Origin: an uncultured Verrucomicrobia subdivision 3 bacterium
GTDB lineage: Bacteria; Verrucomicrobiota; Verrucomicrobiia; Limisphaerales; UBA11358
DNA: 53,725 nt
Reading direction: 5' to 3'
Assembly: GCA_903833055.1 (NCBI GenBank)
Contig: CAILDU010000143.1
Location: 1-53,725 of the forward strand
Part shown: piece by piece, positions 1-8,945 of the stretch
How positions within the stretch are numbered: position 1 is the stretch's first letter
How the letters are laid out: each line of letters starts with the position of its first letter
Program-made: the position numbers and the translations under genes
The notes under the pieces: model-generated
Seen by the model: the letters and a program-made list of their open reading frames with translations, nothing else
Databases searched by the model: none
Told to the model about the DNA's origin: nothing

Positions 1-6
1 TATAAA

Positions 7-876
7 TTGCGCGTGCCGCAAACCAGTTTAGCCCCCATCAACGCCGCCACGCGCCTGTGCGCGGTGCTGGGTTCGCCCATCCGGCATTCCGCCTCGCCGG
101 CGATGCACAACGCGGCCTTCGCGGCGCTCGGCCTGAACTGGCGCTACCTCGCCTTTGAAGTGGATCCAAAAAATCTCCGCGCCGCCATCGCGGGCGCGCG
201 CGCGATGAACTTCGTCGGTCTCAATCTCACCGTGCCGCACAAGCTGCTGGCCGTGGATATGGTGGATGAACTCGACGCCTCGGCCAAAACGTGGGGCGCG
301 GTGAACACGATCAAATTTGAAAATGGCCGAGCTATCGGATTCAACACGGACGCGGATGCGATTGTCTCGTCGTTGCGCGAAGATTTGAAAGTGGAGTTGC
401 GCGGCGCAAAAGTTTTGTTGCTCGGCGCGGGCGGCGCAGGTCGCACGGCGGCATTGAAACTCGCGGCGGAAAATGTCGCAGAACTTTTTCTCGTGAACCG
501 CACGGTGAGCAAGGCGGAAGAAATCGCCGTTGAAATCAAAAAACAATTCCCATCCGTCAAAGTTTCCGTTGGTTATCCGAAAGCGGAAATTGATTTATTG
601 CTGAACGCAACTTCGCTTGGTTTGAAGTCGGAAGACGGTTCGCCGCTAGACGAAAAACAATTTTCGCTGAAACAAACGCGCGCGGTTTACGACATGATTT
701 ACCAACCGGCGGAGACGAAGTTGCTGGCTGCCGCCAAAGCCGCCGGATGTAAAACAGCCAATGGAATTGGGATGTTGGTGCATCAAGGCGCGAAGGCATT
801 TGAGATTTGGACGGGTCAGCCCGCGCCGGTCGCCGTGATGCGGCGCGCGGTCGAAGGGAGCGTTTATGGGGTTTGA
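7..876 (+). CDS. aroE: shikimate dehydrogenase
   Basis: N-terminal LGSPIRHSASPAMHN motif and GAGGAGR Rossmann loop typical of AroE. The start is uncertain (TTG at 7, and the frame is open to the window edge). Confidence 0.85.
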   Translation: MRVPQTSLAPINAATRLCAVLGSPIRHSASPAMHNAAFAALGLNWRYLAFEVDPKNLRAAIAGARAMNFVGLNLTVPHKLLAVDMVDELDASAKTWGAVNTIKFENGRAIGFNTDADAIVSSLREDLKVELRGAKVLLLGAGGAGRTAALKLAAENVAELFLVNRTVSKAEEIAVEIKKQFPSVKVSVGYPKAEIDLLLNATSLGLKSEDGSPLDEKQFSLKQTRAVYDMIYQPAETKLLAAAKAAGCKTANGIGMLVHQGAKAFEIWTGQPAPVAVMRRAVEGSVYGV

Positions 877-1975
877 TAATATCTTCAATCCGCAATACTG
901 GGCGCTCGTGCCGTTCCATTTTTGGTCGCTGGTATTCTTTTCGTTTGGCTGCATCGTCGGCAGTTTTTTGAACGTCTGCATTTACCGGATGCCGCTGGAC
1001 TTGAGCGTCGTCTCGCCGCCGTCGCATTGCCCGCATTGTAAATACTCGATCCCATTTTACCTGAACGTGCCGCTGCTGACGTGGCTCTCGCTGCGCGGCA
1101 AATGTAAAAATTGCGGCGCGCCCATCTCGCCGCGCTACTTCATCGTGGAGCTGCTGACCGGCGTGACATTTCTCGCGTGCTGGCTGGCGTTCGGCCACGC
1201 GTCGCCGTGGATCGCGGCGGTCTACTGCCTGTTTCTTGCGGGACTGATCACGGCGACGTTCATTGATTTCGAGCATTTTATTATTCCCGACGAAATCACT
1301 TTTGGCGGCGCAGCCGTGGGATTTGTGATTTCAATTTTTCTGCCGCAATTGCACGGAACAAATTCTTTACGGGAAAGTGTAGGACGCAGCGCGCTGGGCA
1401 TTGCGATTGGTGCGGGTATCGTTTACGCCGTGCTGCGATTGGGAAAATTACTGTTTGGCCGACAAAAAATAAAATTGCCGGACGGCGCAAAAATTATTTT
1501 TACCGAAACCGCGCTGTGTCTGCCGGACAGTGTAATTCCCTACGAAGAAATTTTTTATCGCAAAACGGACGCCATTGTTTTGCAAGCGCGGACGGTGGAG
1601 TTAATTGATCGTAGCTACTGCAACGTCGCGCTGCGACTGACGCCGGAAATGCTCAAGCTCGGCGACGAAAAATTTAATCCAGAACACGAGCCGCACATGG
1701 ACGTGGTCTGTTCGGAAATTATTTTGCCGCGCGAGGCGATGGGTTTGGGCGACGTAAAATTCATGGCTGGCATCGGCGCGTTCATCGGCTGGCAGGGCGC
1801 ATTTTTTTCGCTGCTGGCAAGTTCGCTTATCGGTTCGGCGGCGGGAATTGCCTTGATTCTATTACGCAAACGCGAGTGGTCGTCGCGGATGCCTTACGGC
1901 CCTTACATTGCGCTGGCGGCCGTCATCTGGATTTTCGGCGGCAAAAAACTTTTCGATTTGTTGTTCCAGATGTGA
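866..1975 (+). CDS. pilD: type IV prepilin peptidase / N-methyltransferase (A24 family)
   Basis: CPHC...CKNCG zinc-ribbon box, multiple TM segments and a GLGDVKF second aspartate box. Overlaps the aroE stop by 11 nt. Confidence 0.85.
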   Translation: MGFDNIFNPQYWALVPFHFWSLVFFSFGCIVGSFLNVCIYRMPLDLSVVSPPSHCPHCKYSIPFYLNVPLLTWLSLRGKCKNCGAPISPRYFIVELLTGVTFLACWLAFGHASPWIAAVYCLFLAGLITATFIDFEHFIIPDEITFGGAAVGFVISIFLPQLHGTNSLRESVGRSALGIAIGAGIVYAVLRLGKLLFGRQKIKLPDGAKIIFTETALCLPDSVIPYEEIFYRKTDAIVLQARTVELIDRSYCNVALRLTPEMLKLGDEKFNPEHEPHMDVVCSEIILPREAMGLGDVKFMAGIGAFIGWQGAFFSLLASSLIGSAAGIALILLRKREWSSRMPYGPYIALAAVIWIFGGKKLFDLLFQM

Positions 1976-1983
1976 GCAATTTT

Positions 1984-4900
1984 TTAGCGGAACGAGAGAA
2001 TGACTTTGCTGCCGTCGCGCCGCAGTTCCCCTTGCTTGAGAAATAATCTTGCCGCTGTAACTTTGCCGCTCGCCAACAAATAATTTTGCACGGCCTTCGC
2101 GCGATTGGCGGCGAGCGTTTCCAAATCGCCATCGTTCACGGGATATGTCGCAAGCAAAACGGCCTCGGTCGGGTCGGGCGGGGGAACGAGCTTGGTTTGA
2201 TAACCCGCTTCCGCCGCCGATTTCGGCGCGCCGCCGCCGCGTTTCAATTTCATCGCACCCTTATCAAATGCACTATTGCGTGGCAAAACCTGCGCGGCGT
2301 AGGCGACAAGATTGGAGTTTGCCGCGAGCAGTTGCGGCGTAACTTTGCCGGCGGCGACGGCTTCGGCATAAAGACGCTTCACCCATTTCGCGCGGACTTC
2401 CGGCGTGAGCACAATCGCGTCCACGGAGTTCGTGGCTTGTTCGGCCTTGCGAAATTTCTGCCAGAGGCGCGTGCGGATTTCGCGGTCAATCGCGGCGCGC
2501 TCCAAACCTTCGCAGTCGCCGTTCGCGTCCACGCTGCCGGTGATTTCCAAATTCAGCGATGGGCGCGAGTAAAGTCCTTTCAGCAGCGAATCCAATTTTG
2601 ATTTGTCTGCCGCCGATAATTCCGCGCTGCCGAGCGCAAAATCCTGCTGGCTGAGTTCTTCGCCGCCACCGCCAAACACCGCGCCCAGCAAGGAGAACGG
2701 CGAGGTGGCGACCTTCACCAAAATATTTTCGATGACGCGCACCACGACTTTGCCCACGCGGAATTTCGGGTCGCTCAAATCGCCTTGAACCGGCACGTCC
2801 AAAACAATTTTCCCTTCGCGGTCTTTCAACAGCGCAATCGCGAGTCGCACCGGCAGATGCGTCGCATCGGGACTTTCCACCTTGTCGCCAAAGTTAAACT
2901 GGTCGAGCGTAATGACATTTTTGGAATCCAATTTTTTGCCGATGAGTTCGTAATTCAGGTCGAGATTCAATTTTCCTTCCGCGATTTCGTAGCCGGCAAA
3001 CTTGCCCGCATACGGACTCGCCGGCGTTAAATCCATGTCCTTCACCGAAATGGTGATGTCGTTCGTTTGCGTGCTGTTCAGCGGATTGATTTTGCCGGTG
3101 ATGGCGATGGGGCCAACGCCATCCGCCTTTGCGTGTAAATCAACAATGGCGTGTTGCAGTTGTTCCGAGGAAATTCCCGAAATGCTTCCGTTCATGTCCT
3201 GAATCGCCAGACTCACATTCGGCTGCATCGAATGATCGGTGAAACTTACCGCCGTATTCGTGATGATAATCGCGACGACGGAAACCTGCGGCAAAGTTGA
3301 ATTGGTCGCGGCTGTTGGAGTTACAGCGGCAATTTTTGTTTCGCTCGTCGCGGGAGAATTTGTATTCGTCAAACGCAGCGCATTGAGCAGATTGATTGTT
3401 TTATTGGTCTCGATGACGAGCCGCGCGTAAGCACCGTTCACATCAATTTCCTTAATCTTTACCGACTGCGGATTGAGGTTGGCGTCAATGCCGTTGATTT
3501 GGAGCGAATCCCATTTCAACAAGTCGTCGCCCACCGCGCCGTCCACCGTGCGAAAATTATCCAGCCACGCATCGCCGTGAAAAACGACTTGCGGCAACAC
3601 ATTATCTGGCGTGGTCAGGGTGAGCAGGCCGTGCAAACCAACTTCGCTACCGAGGATGAACAGATTTACTTTCGGTTCGAGATACGGATCAAGCGAGCCG
3701 AGGTCGAGCTTGTCCAAATCAATTTGCACATTCGCCGTCGGCGGCAAAAATGAAGCGCTGACGATGGTCTTGATGGAACCATTTTTATTCCAGCGTAACG
3801 AGAGTTCGGCGGTGAGATTTGTGCCCGGCAGGTTGGAAATATTTTTGGCCGTGAGCGAAATCTCGGTGAGGTCGAGTCGCGCTGGACGGGAATTCACGCG
3901 GTCTTCCAGATGCACCGCGCAGTTGGTGAAATCCACCGCGTTGACCGCGCCGCGCCATTGATTTGTGCTTTCCATCAACATCGCGACGGCGTTCGTGACG
4001 GAGCGGAGCAGTAGTAAAATTCCGTCGCCCGCCGCCGCGTTTGGCACGGACGGTTTGGAAAGTTCGACGACGTTGATGGCGGCATTTTGGTCGCGGCTTA
4101 AAAATATTTTTGCGCCTTCGGCACGAACAGAATCAATCGTAGCTTTGCGCGTTTGCAAATCTGCGCTCATGCCGGCGACGCCGAAGACGGGCAATTCCGC
4201 GAGATTATTGCTGTCGTTGGGCGAACCCAGTTTGAAATCGCGCAATGCAAACGCAGTGTTGTTCACGGACGCGGTGAGGTTAGTGCCGTCCAGTTTGAAT
4301 TTATAATTCACGTCCAACGCGATTTCGCCGTCGCGGATTTCAAACTTAAAGAAGTCCTGATACAGCGGGGCGTATTTGTTCAGTGTAAAATTGAACAGCT
4401 TCAACTCGCCTTCCGAGCGCAACGGCGAGAGATAGAAAAATCCGCGCCAAGAAATTTGTTCGCCCGCGTCCGTCGTGCCGGTGAAGGCGTAGGGATTTTT
4501 GTTGTCCGGGTCGGTGCGGAAATCATCGAGCGTGATGTCCAGCGGGCCGAGCGCGCGTTTGAACGGCGTGCGCGGCGAAAAATCCGCATACGCCGCGACC
4601 GCGCCGCCGATGTGCAATTTTCCAATGTGCAGCGCAATTGGTTTGGATTCGGTTTTCGCCTGTGCTGGCGCGGCGTTGGTGGAAAACTTGGTGATGAGGT
4701 CGGTGAAATTAAAGGTGCCGCCTTTGTTCATCTGCACGCGGACGAACGGTTTGGACGTGCTGATTTCCTTGAACACCCACGCGTGACCGAAGAACGACGA
4801 CAATTGGAAGTTCACATAAACTTCATCCCACGAAACGAACGGCTCGCCGTCCTTGTCCTTGATAAGCAGCCCGCGCACCGTCGTGGAGAGCGCGAACGGA

Positions 4901-5088
4901 TTTATTTTTATCTTTTCAATCGCGACTTCGCGGTCGAGTTGCGTGGACAATTGTTTGACCGCGATGTGCCGGACAATCGGCGGCAGAATCAGGAAACCGA
5001 CAACGGTGTAAAGGAACAACAAACCGGCGATGGCGCCGACGATTTTAACTTTGTTGTGTGAAAGCCAATTCCAGATGGGCGGAGTCAT
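1984..5088 (-). CDS. DUF748/AsmA-like large membrane-anchored protein
   Basis: 1034-aa ORF with one N-terminal TM helix and a long beta-rich repetitive body. The overall look matches DUF748-family proteins. Assignment is from memory of the family, not a search. Confidence 0.6.
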   Translation of the reverse strand: MTPPIWNWLSHNKVKIVGAIAGLLFLYTVVGFLILPPIVRHIAVKQLSTQLDREVAIEKIKINPFALSTTVRGLLIKDKDGEPFVSWDEVYVNFQLSSFFGHAWVFKEISTSKPFVRVQMNKGGTFNFTDLITKFSTNAAPAQAKTESKPIALHIGKLHIGGAVAAYADFSPRTPFKRALGPLDITLDDFRTDPDNKNPYAFTGTTDAGEQISWRGFFYLSPLRSEGELKLFNFTLNKYAPLYQDFFKFEIRDGEIALDVNYKFKLDGTNLTASVNNTAFALRDFKLGSPNDSNNLAELPVFGVAGMSADLQTRKATIDSVRAEGAKIFLSRDQNAAINVVELSKPSVPNAAAGDGILLLLRSVTNAVAMLMESTNQWRGAVNAVDFTNCAVHLEDRVNSRPARLDLTEISLTAKNISNLPGTNLTAELSLRWNKNGSIKTIVSASFLPPTANVQIDLDKLDLGSLDPYLEPKVNLFILGSEVGLHGLLTLTTPDNVLPQVVFHGDAWLDNFRTVDGAVGDDLLKWDSLQINGIDANLNPQSVKIKEIDVNGAYARLVIETNKTINLLNALRLTNTNSPATSETKIAAVTPTAATNSTLPQVSVVAIIITNTAVSFTDHSMQPNVSLAIQDMNGSISGISSEQLQHAIVDLHAKADGVGPIAITGKINPLNSTQTNDITISVKDMDLTPASPYAGKFAGYEIAEGKLNLDLNYELIGKKLDSKNVITLDQFNFGDKVESPDATHLPVRLAIALLKDREGKIVLDVPVQGDLSDPKFRVGKVVVRVIENILVKVATSPFSLLGAVFGGGGEELSQQDFALGSAELSAADKSKLDSLLKGLYSRPSLNLEITGSVDANGDCEGLERAAIDREIRTRLWQKFRKAEQATNSVDAIVLTPEVRAKWVKRLYAEAVAAGKVTPQLLAANSNLVAYAAQVLPRNSAFDKGAMKLKRGGGAPKSAAEAGYQTKLVPPPDPTEAVLLATYPVNDGDLETLAANRAKAVQNYLLASGKVTAARLFLKQGELRRDGSKVILSFR

Positions 5089-5142
5089 AATTCCTCGACC
5101 GGAATTTTCTCTGCAAATCAGGATGGCGTCAACTATTTCGCT

Positions 5143-6459
5143 TCAGATGGCGAAGTCCGCGTATTCCGGCTTGGCAGCTTCGAGCGGCGGAAACAACATG
5201 CCCGCCGCGACCGTCGCGTTCGAGCCTTGTTCCACAAGGATGAACGAGCCGGTAAGCCGGTTCGTTTCGTAGCCGTCGAACAAGAGTGGTTTCGCCGTCT
5301 TGAGGCGAATCGTGCCGATGTCATTCAGCGCAAGTCCGGCGGGATTCGGTTCTGCATCGAAGGTTTCAAAGTTGATTCGATTTTCAATCTGCGTCACCGC
5401 GACCTGAACCATTTGCGTCGTGTGCTTGAGATAAAACTTTTTGCCCGCTGACAACGGACGTTGATTCATCCAGCAAATGCGCGCCTGCAAATCGGTGCTG
5501 CGCCCCGGCAAATTTTCGAGGCCGACAATCATATCGCCACGGCTTACGTCAATGTCGTCCGCCAAACAAATTGTCACCGACTGCGGACAAAACGCTTCGG
5601 CGAGCGAACCGTCGTAACTCCAAATTTCTTTCACCTTGGATTTAATTCCGGCGGGCAGGATGACGACTTCCTGACCCGCGCGCACGATGCCGCTGGCGAT
5701 TTGTCCGCTCAAGCCGCGAAAATCGTGCAGCTCCTTGTTCGTCGGATTGTTCGGACGGTTGACCCATTGCACCGGAAAACGGAACGTGCTCAAATTCCGG
5801 TCGCTCGCGATGTGGACAGTTTCGAGATGATGCAGCAATGCCGGCCCTTCAAACCACGGCGTTTTCGTGGAAGCATCCACGACGTTGTCGCCGGACAGCG
5901 CGCTCATCGGAATAAATTTTACGTCGTGAAACGAACCGAACTTCGGCAGAAAATCTTCAATCTCATCGCGAATTTCCGTGAAGCGTTCCTCGCTCCAATC
6001 CACCAAATCCATTTTGTTGATGGCGATGACGAGATGTGGAATGCCAAGCAGCGCCGCGATATAAGTGTGTCGGCGCGTCTGCTCAATGACGCCCTGTCGC
6101 GCGTCCACCAGCACGATGGAAAGATTTGCCGTGCTCGCGCCCGTGACCATGTTGCGCGTGTATTGCACATGACCCGGCGTGTCGGCGACGATGAATTTTC
6201 TTTTCGGCGTGGCGAAGTAACGATACGCGACATCAATCGTGATTCCTTGTTCGCGTTCGGCGCGCAGTCCGTCGGTGAGATTGGCCAAATTTATTTGCCC
6301 ACCGCCGGTGATGGTGGCGGATTTTTCCATCGCCTCGATCTGGTCTTCCATCAGCGACTTGGAATCGTAAAGCAACCGGCCAATGAGCGTGGACTTGCCG
6401 TCGTCAACACTGCCGCAAGTATTGAAGCGCAAAAGTTCGATGGGATGCGTATGGGGCAT
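5143..6459 (-). CDS. cysN: sulfate adenylyltransferase subunit 1 (GTPase)
   Basis: GSVDDGKSTLIGRL P-loop and DTPGH motif, EF-Tu-like architecture, adjacent to cysD. Confidence 0.9.
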   Translation of the reverse strand: MPHTHPIELLRFNTCGSVDDGKSTLIGRLLYDSKSLMEDQIEAMEKSATITGGGQINLANLTDGLRAEREQGITIDVAYRYFATPKRKFIVADTPGHVQYTRNMVTGASTANLSIVLVDARQGVIEQTRRHTYIAALLGIPHLVIAINKMDLVDWSEERFTEIRDEIEDFLPKFGSFHDVKFIPMSALSGDNVVDASTKTPWFEGPALLHHLETVHIASDRNLSTFRFPVQWVNRPNNPTNKELHDFRGLSGQIASGIVRAGQEVVILPAGIKSKVKEIWSYDGSLAEAFCPQSVTICLADDIDVSRGDMIVGLENLPGRSTDLQARICWMNQRPLSAGKKFYLKHTTQMVQVAVTQIENRINFETFDAEPNPAGLALNDIGTIRLKTAKPLLFDGYETNRLTGSFILVEQGSNATVAAGMLFPPLEAAKPEYADFAI

Positions 6460-6494
6460 TTTAGGAGATGGGAGTTGGCAGATGGAAGTTAGGG
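6460..6494. repeat. heptamer tandem array (5 units: TTTAGGA GATGGGA GTTGGCA GATGGAA GTTAGGG) filling the cysN / four-helix-bundle intergenic gap
   Basis: Read directly: 7-nt periodicity over 35 nt. It contains TAGGAGATGGGAG, the inverted partner of 6870-6887. Confidence 0.8.
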
Positions 6495-6869
6495 TTATGC
6501 GACTCGCGCGCGGGTGGAACGAATCAGACCGGAAACCAATCGCCCGGTTTGGGCGACTTGTTCAAGCAATGTTTTATGTTCTTGTTCAGAAAGGTAACTC
6601 GCATCAAGCATGACGTAAGATAGCGAACGCACCTCGCCACAGGAAGCGCGTGCTACATTGTAAAATTGCAATTTCTCGCCCGGATGAACGCGTTCAAAAC
6701 CTTCGGCAATATTGGTCATGGCCGATACGGCCGCGCGCTGAATCTGATCTCGCAACCCGAAATCAAGCGACGCGGGTTTGCGCCGGAAGAAAGCATAAAC
6801 TGCCCGAACAAGTTCCCTTGCCGTGCGCCAGGCCTCAAGTTGCTCAAAATTTTCAATCCTATCTGTCAT
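6495..6869 (-). CDS. four-helix-bundle protein (23S rRNA intervening-sequence protein / Avd family)
   Basis: 124 aa, all-helical. The FEQLEAWRTARELVRAVY start and NIAEGFER...A.GE motif are characteristic of the TIGR02436/PF05635 family. A GGAG sits directly upstream of the ATG. Confidence 0.8.
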   Translation of the reverse strand: MTDRIENFEQLEAWRTARELVRAVYAFFRRKPASLDFGLRDQIQRAAVSAMTNIAEGFERVHPGEKLQFYNVARASCGEVRSLSYVMLDASYLSEQEHKTLLEQVAQTGRLVSGLIRSTRARVA

Positions 6870-6887
6870 CTCCTATCTCCTATCTGC
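6870..6887. repeat. heptamer array (CTCCTAT CTCCTAT CTGC), inverted partner of 6462-6474
   Basis: The reverse complement GCAGATAGGAGATAGGAG matches TAGGAGATGGGAG at 6462-6474 in 12 of 13 positions. Confidence 0.75.
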
Positions 6888-7826
6888 TTAAAAGTATCCT
6901 GCTTTCTTCCGGTCTTCCATCGCGGCTTCGGAAGCTTTGTCGTCAGCGCGAGTGCCGCGTTCCGTGACGCGCGCGGCGGCGACCTCGGCGATGATGTCAT
7001 CAATCGTGTCCGTCTTCGATTCAATCATGCCGGTGCTGATCATGTCGGCGATGGTGCGGACGCGGACAATCATTTTTTTAATCGGCTCGTTCTGCTTGGG
7101 GCGTGCACCGGCAAATGGATCGGACTTGGTTGAATCAGTATGCGGAGGCGGCACGGGCAACCACTGTCCACCGCGCCAAAAACAATCGCGCTCGTGGCTG
7201 AAATAAAGATTCGGCACTTCGAGTTTTTCTTTTTTGATGTATTCCCAAACGTCCATCTCCGTCCAGTTCGAGAGCGGAAACACGCGCATATTTTCGCCCG
7301 GATTTAACTTGGCGTTGTAAAGATTCCAGATTTCCGGGCGCTGATTTTTCGGATCCCACTGGCCGAACGAATCGCGGAAGCTGAAGAAACGTTCCTTCGC
7401 ACGGGCCTTTTCCTCGTCGCGGCGCGCGCCGCCGATGGCGCAATCGAATTGAAATTCCTCAATCGCGCCGAGCAGCACGGGAATTTGCAGCTTGTTGCGG
7501 CTGATTTCGCCGGGTGCGGGATGCGCGTGACCTTTGGCGATGGCTTCATCCACGGTGCGGACAATCAGCTTCGCGCCAAGCTCCTTCGCGCGACGATCAC
7601 GGAACTCAAGCAGTTCGGGAAATTCATGGCCGGTCTCGACGTTCAGAAACGGCATCGGAATATCGGACGGACGGAACGCCTTTTCCGCGAGGCGCAGCAA
7701 GCAGATGGAATCCTTGCCGCCGGAAAACAGCAAGGCGGGGCGTTCAAATTCGGCGGCGACTTCACGCATGATGTGAATCGCCTCGGTTTCCAGATACTGC
7801 AAATGATCCAAGTGATAGCTGCTCAT
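6888..7826 (-). CDS. cysD: sulfate adenylyltransferase subunit 2
   Basis: LFSGGKDS PP-loop motif, CysD length and C-terminal basic tail. Lies in an operon with cysN and cysH. Confidence 0.9.
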   Translation of the reverse strand: MSSYHLDHLQYLETEAIHIMREVAAEFERPALLFSGGKDSICLLRLAEKAFRPSDIPMPFLNVETGHEFPELLEFRDRRAKELGAKLIVRTVDEAIAKGHAHPAPGEISRNKLQIPVLLGAIEEFQFDCAIGGARRDEEKARAKERFFSFRDSFGQWDPKNQRPEIWNLYNAKLNPGENMRVFPLSNWTEMDVWEYIKKEKLEVPNLYFSHERDCFWRGGQWLPVPPPHTDSTKSDPFAGARPKQNEPIKKMIVRVRTIADMISTGMIESKTDTIDDIIAEVAAARVTERGTRADDKASEAAMEDRKKAGYF

Positions 7827-7844
7827 TTTGACACGGTAATTTTA

Positions 7845-8282
7845 GACACGGATTTCACGGATTAGCACGGATTTTTACAAAATAACTCTTTTCCACTCCA
7901 GTGAATCACCACCGAAGTTGACCAGCAAACCAACGTGCAACTTCGATGCGGCCAGATAATTCAAGACCTGCTTGACGTGCGGGTCAGCCAGTCGTTCGAC
8001 GGCTTTTGCCTCGAATAGAATTTTTCCTTCGACCACAAAATCAGCAAAATAAAAATGCGGTAGGATGACATCCTTGTATTTCACTTCAAATTTCTGTTCG
8101 CGTGCAAACGGAACATTCGCGCGACTTAATTCCACCACAAGTGCATCTTTGTATAGGACTTCATCGTGTCCTTTGCCCAGTTCGCGATGAATCTCCATGC
8201 AAAGCCCGATCAAACGGTGCGTGTCTTCGCGATAGAGAATTTCAGACATAAATAATCCGTGAAAATCCGTGCAATCCGTGTC
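7845..8282. mobile_element. cassette A: 438-bp TIR-bounded, TA-flanked element carrying one GxxExxY gene
   Basis: Left arm 7845-7874 is GACACGGATTTCACGGATTAGCACGGATTT. The reverse complement of 8253-8282 is GACACGGATTGCACGGATTTTCACGGATTA, identical in 26 of 30 positions. Each arm has three CACGGAT units with mirrored 9/10-bp spacing. TA lies at 7843-7844 and 8283-8284. Confidence 0.7.
7875..8249 (-). CDS. GxxExxY family protein (PD-(D/E)XK-like fold)
   Basis: The 124-aa core MSEILYRE...HRELGKGHDEVLYKDAL...DFVVEGKILFEAK...LVNFG matches the TIGR04256 GxxExxY pattern. The ORF-track start at 8327 runs into the repeat arm, so I prefer the ATG at 8249. Confidence 0.8.
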   Translation of the reverse strand: MSEILYREDTHRLIGLCMEIHRELGKGHDEVLYKDALVVELSRANVPFAREQKFEVKYKDVILPHFYFADFVVEGKILFEAKAVERLADPHVKQVLNYLAASKLHVGLLVNFGGDSLEWKRVIL

Positions 8283-8944
8283 TAGTTTTTCACGGCTTTG
8301 CCGCCCCAGCTTGCGTGCAAACCGCATTCGCGCTTTTCATCCGCCTTGGCCGGATCAAAATAATCCCACTCGTTGGGCAGGTTGTGCTGTTTCAGATAAT
8401 TTTCCATGTCCGCGTCGCTCCAGTAAAAGAGCGGGCTGACTTTCAGTGAATTGAAATTCTTGTCCTCGCTCACGATGTCGAGTTCCGCGCGATTCGGATT
8501 TTGCACTTTCCGCAACGCGGTGAGCCAGACGGTTGGCGCAAGTTCCTTCATGCCGCGCTGGAACGGTTCGAGTTTCATCGCGGTGCTGAAGGCTTTGATG
8601 CGCGCTTCATTTTCCGGCGTCGGTTCCGGCATGCCGCCGAACGCGGCGTCGTAATGCGCGGCGGTCATCTTCGGGATGTAAGCCTTGATGTTAAGCTTGA
8701 GCAATTTTTTAACTTCTTCGGCGTGCTTGTAAGTCGCGGGACGATTGTAACCGTGGTCAACCCACAGCACCGGAATGTCCGGCTGAACTTGTGTGACCAA
8801 GTGAAGAATCACCGCTTCGTAAGGCCGATAATTCGTCGAGACAATCGCGCGGCCATTCGCCTGCGCGATGGCCCACTTTACGATTTCCAGCGGCGATTTA
8901 GAACGCAACTCGGCGTTGGTTTGAGCAATTTGTTCAGAAGTCAT
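8282..8944 (-). CDS. cysH: phosphoadenosine phosphosulfate (PAPS/APS) reductase family protein
   Basis: PP-loop-type fold and C-terminal ECGLH motif, located between cysI and cysD. Its TAG stop is formed at the junction with cassette A. Confidence 0.8.
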   Translation of the reverse strand: MTSEQIAQTNAELRSKSPLEIVKWAIAQANGRAIVSTNYRPYEAVILHLVTQVQPDIPVLWVDHGYNRPATYKHAEEVKKLLKLNIKAYIPKMTAAHYDAAFGGMPEPTPENEARIKAFSTAMKLEPFQRGMKELAPTVWLTALRKVQNPNRAELDIVSEDKNFNSLKVSPLFYWSDADMENYLKQHNLPNEWDYFDPAKADEKRECGLHASWGGKAVKN

Positions 8945-8945
8945 T

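Noticed and set aside
28-1276. Long antisense ORFs such as 28-546, 144-560 and 557-1276, and similar ones opposite alaS (26409-27629, 27807-28781), cysI (9741-10649), pckG (30928-32034), pilT (39925-41022) and the histidine kinases
   Set aside because: These are shadow ORFs typical of GC-rich DNA. They have Arg/Ala/Gly-rich low-complexity translations, and each overlaps a strongly supported gene on the other strand.
6495-6869. Diversity-generating retroelement, since the four-helix-bundle protein belongs to the Avd family
   Set aside because: No reverse transcriptase and no template/variable repeat pair are visible in the window.
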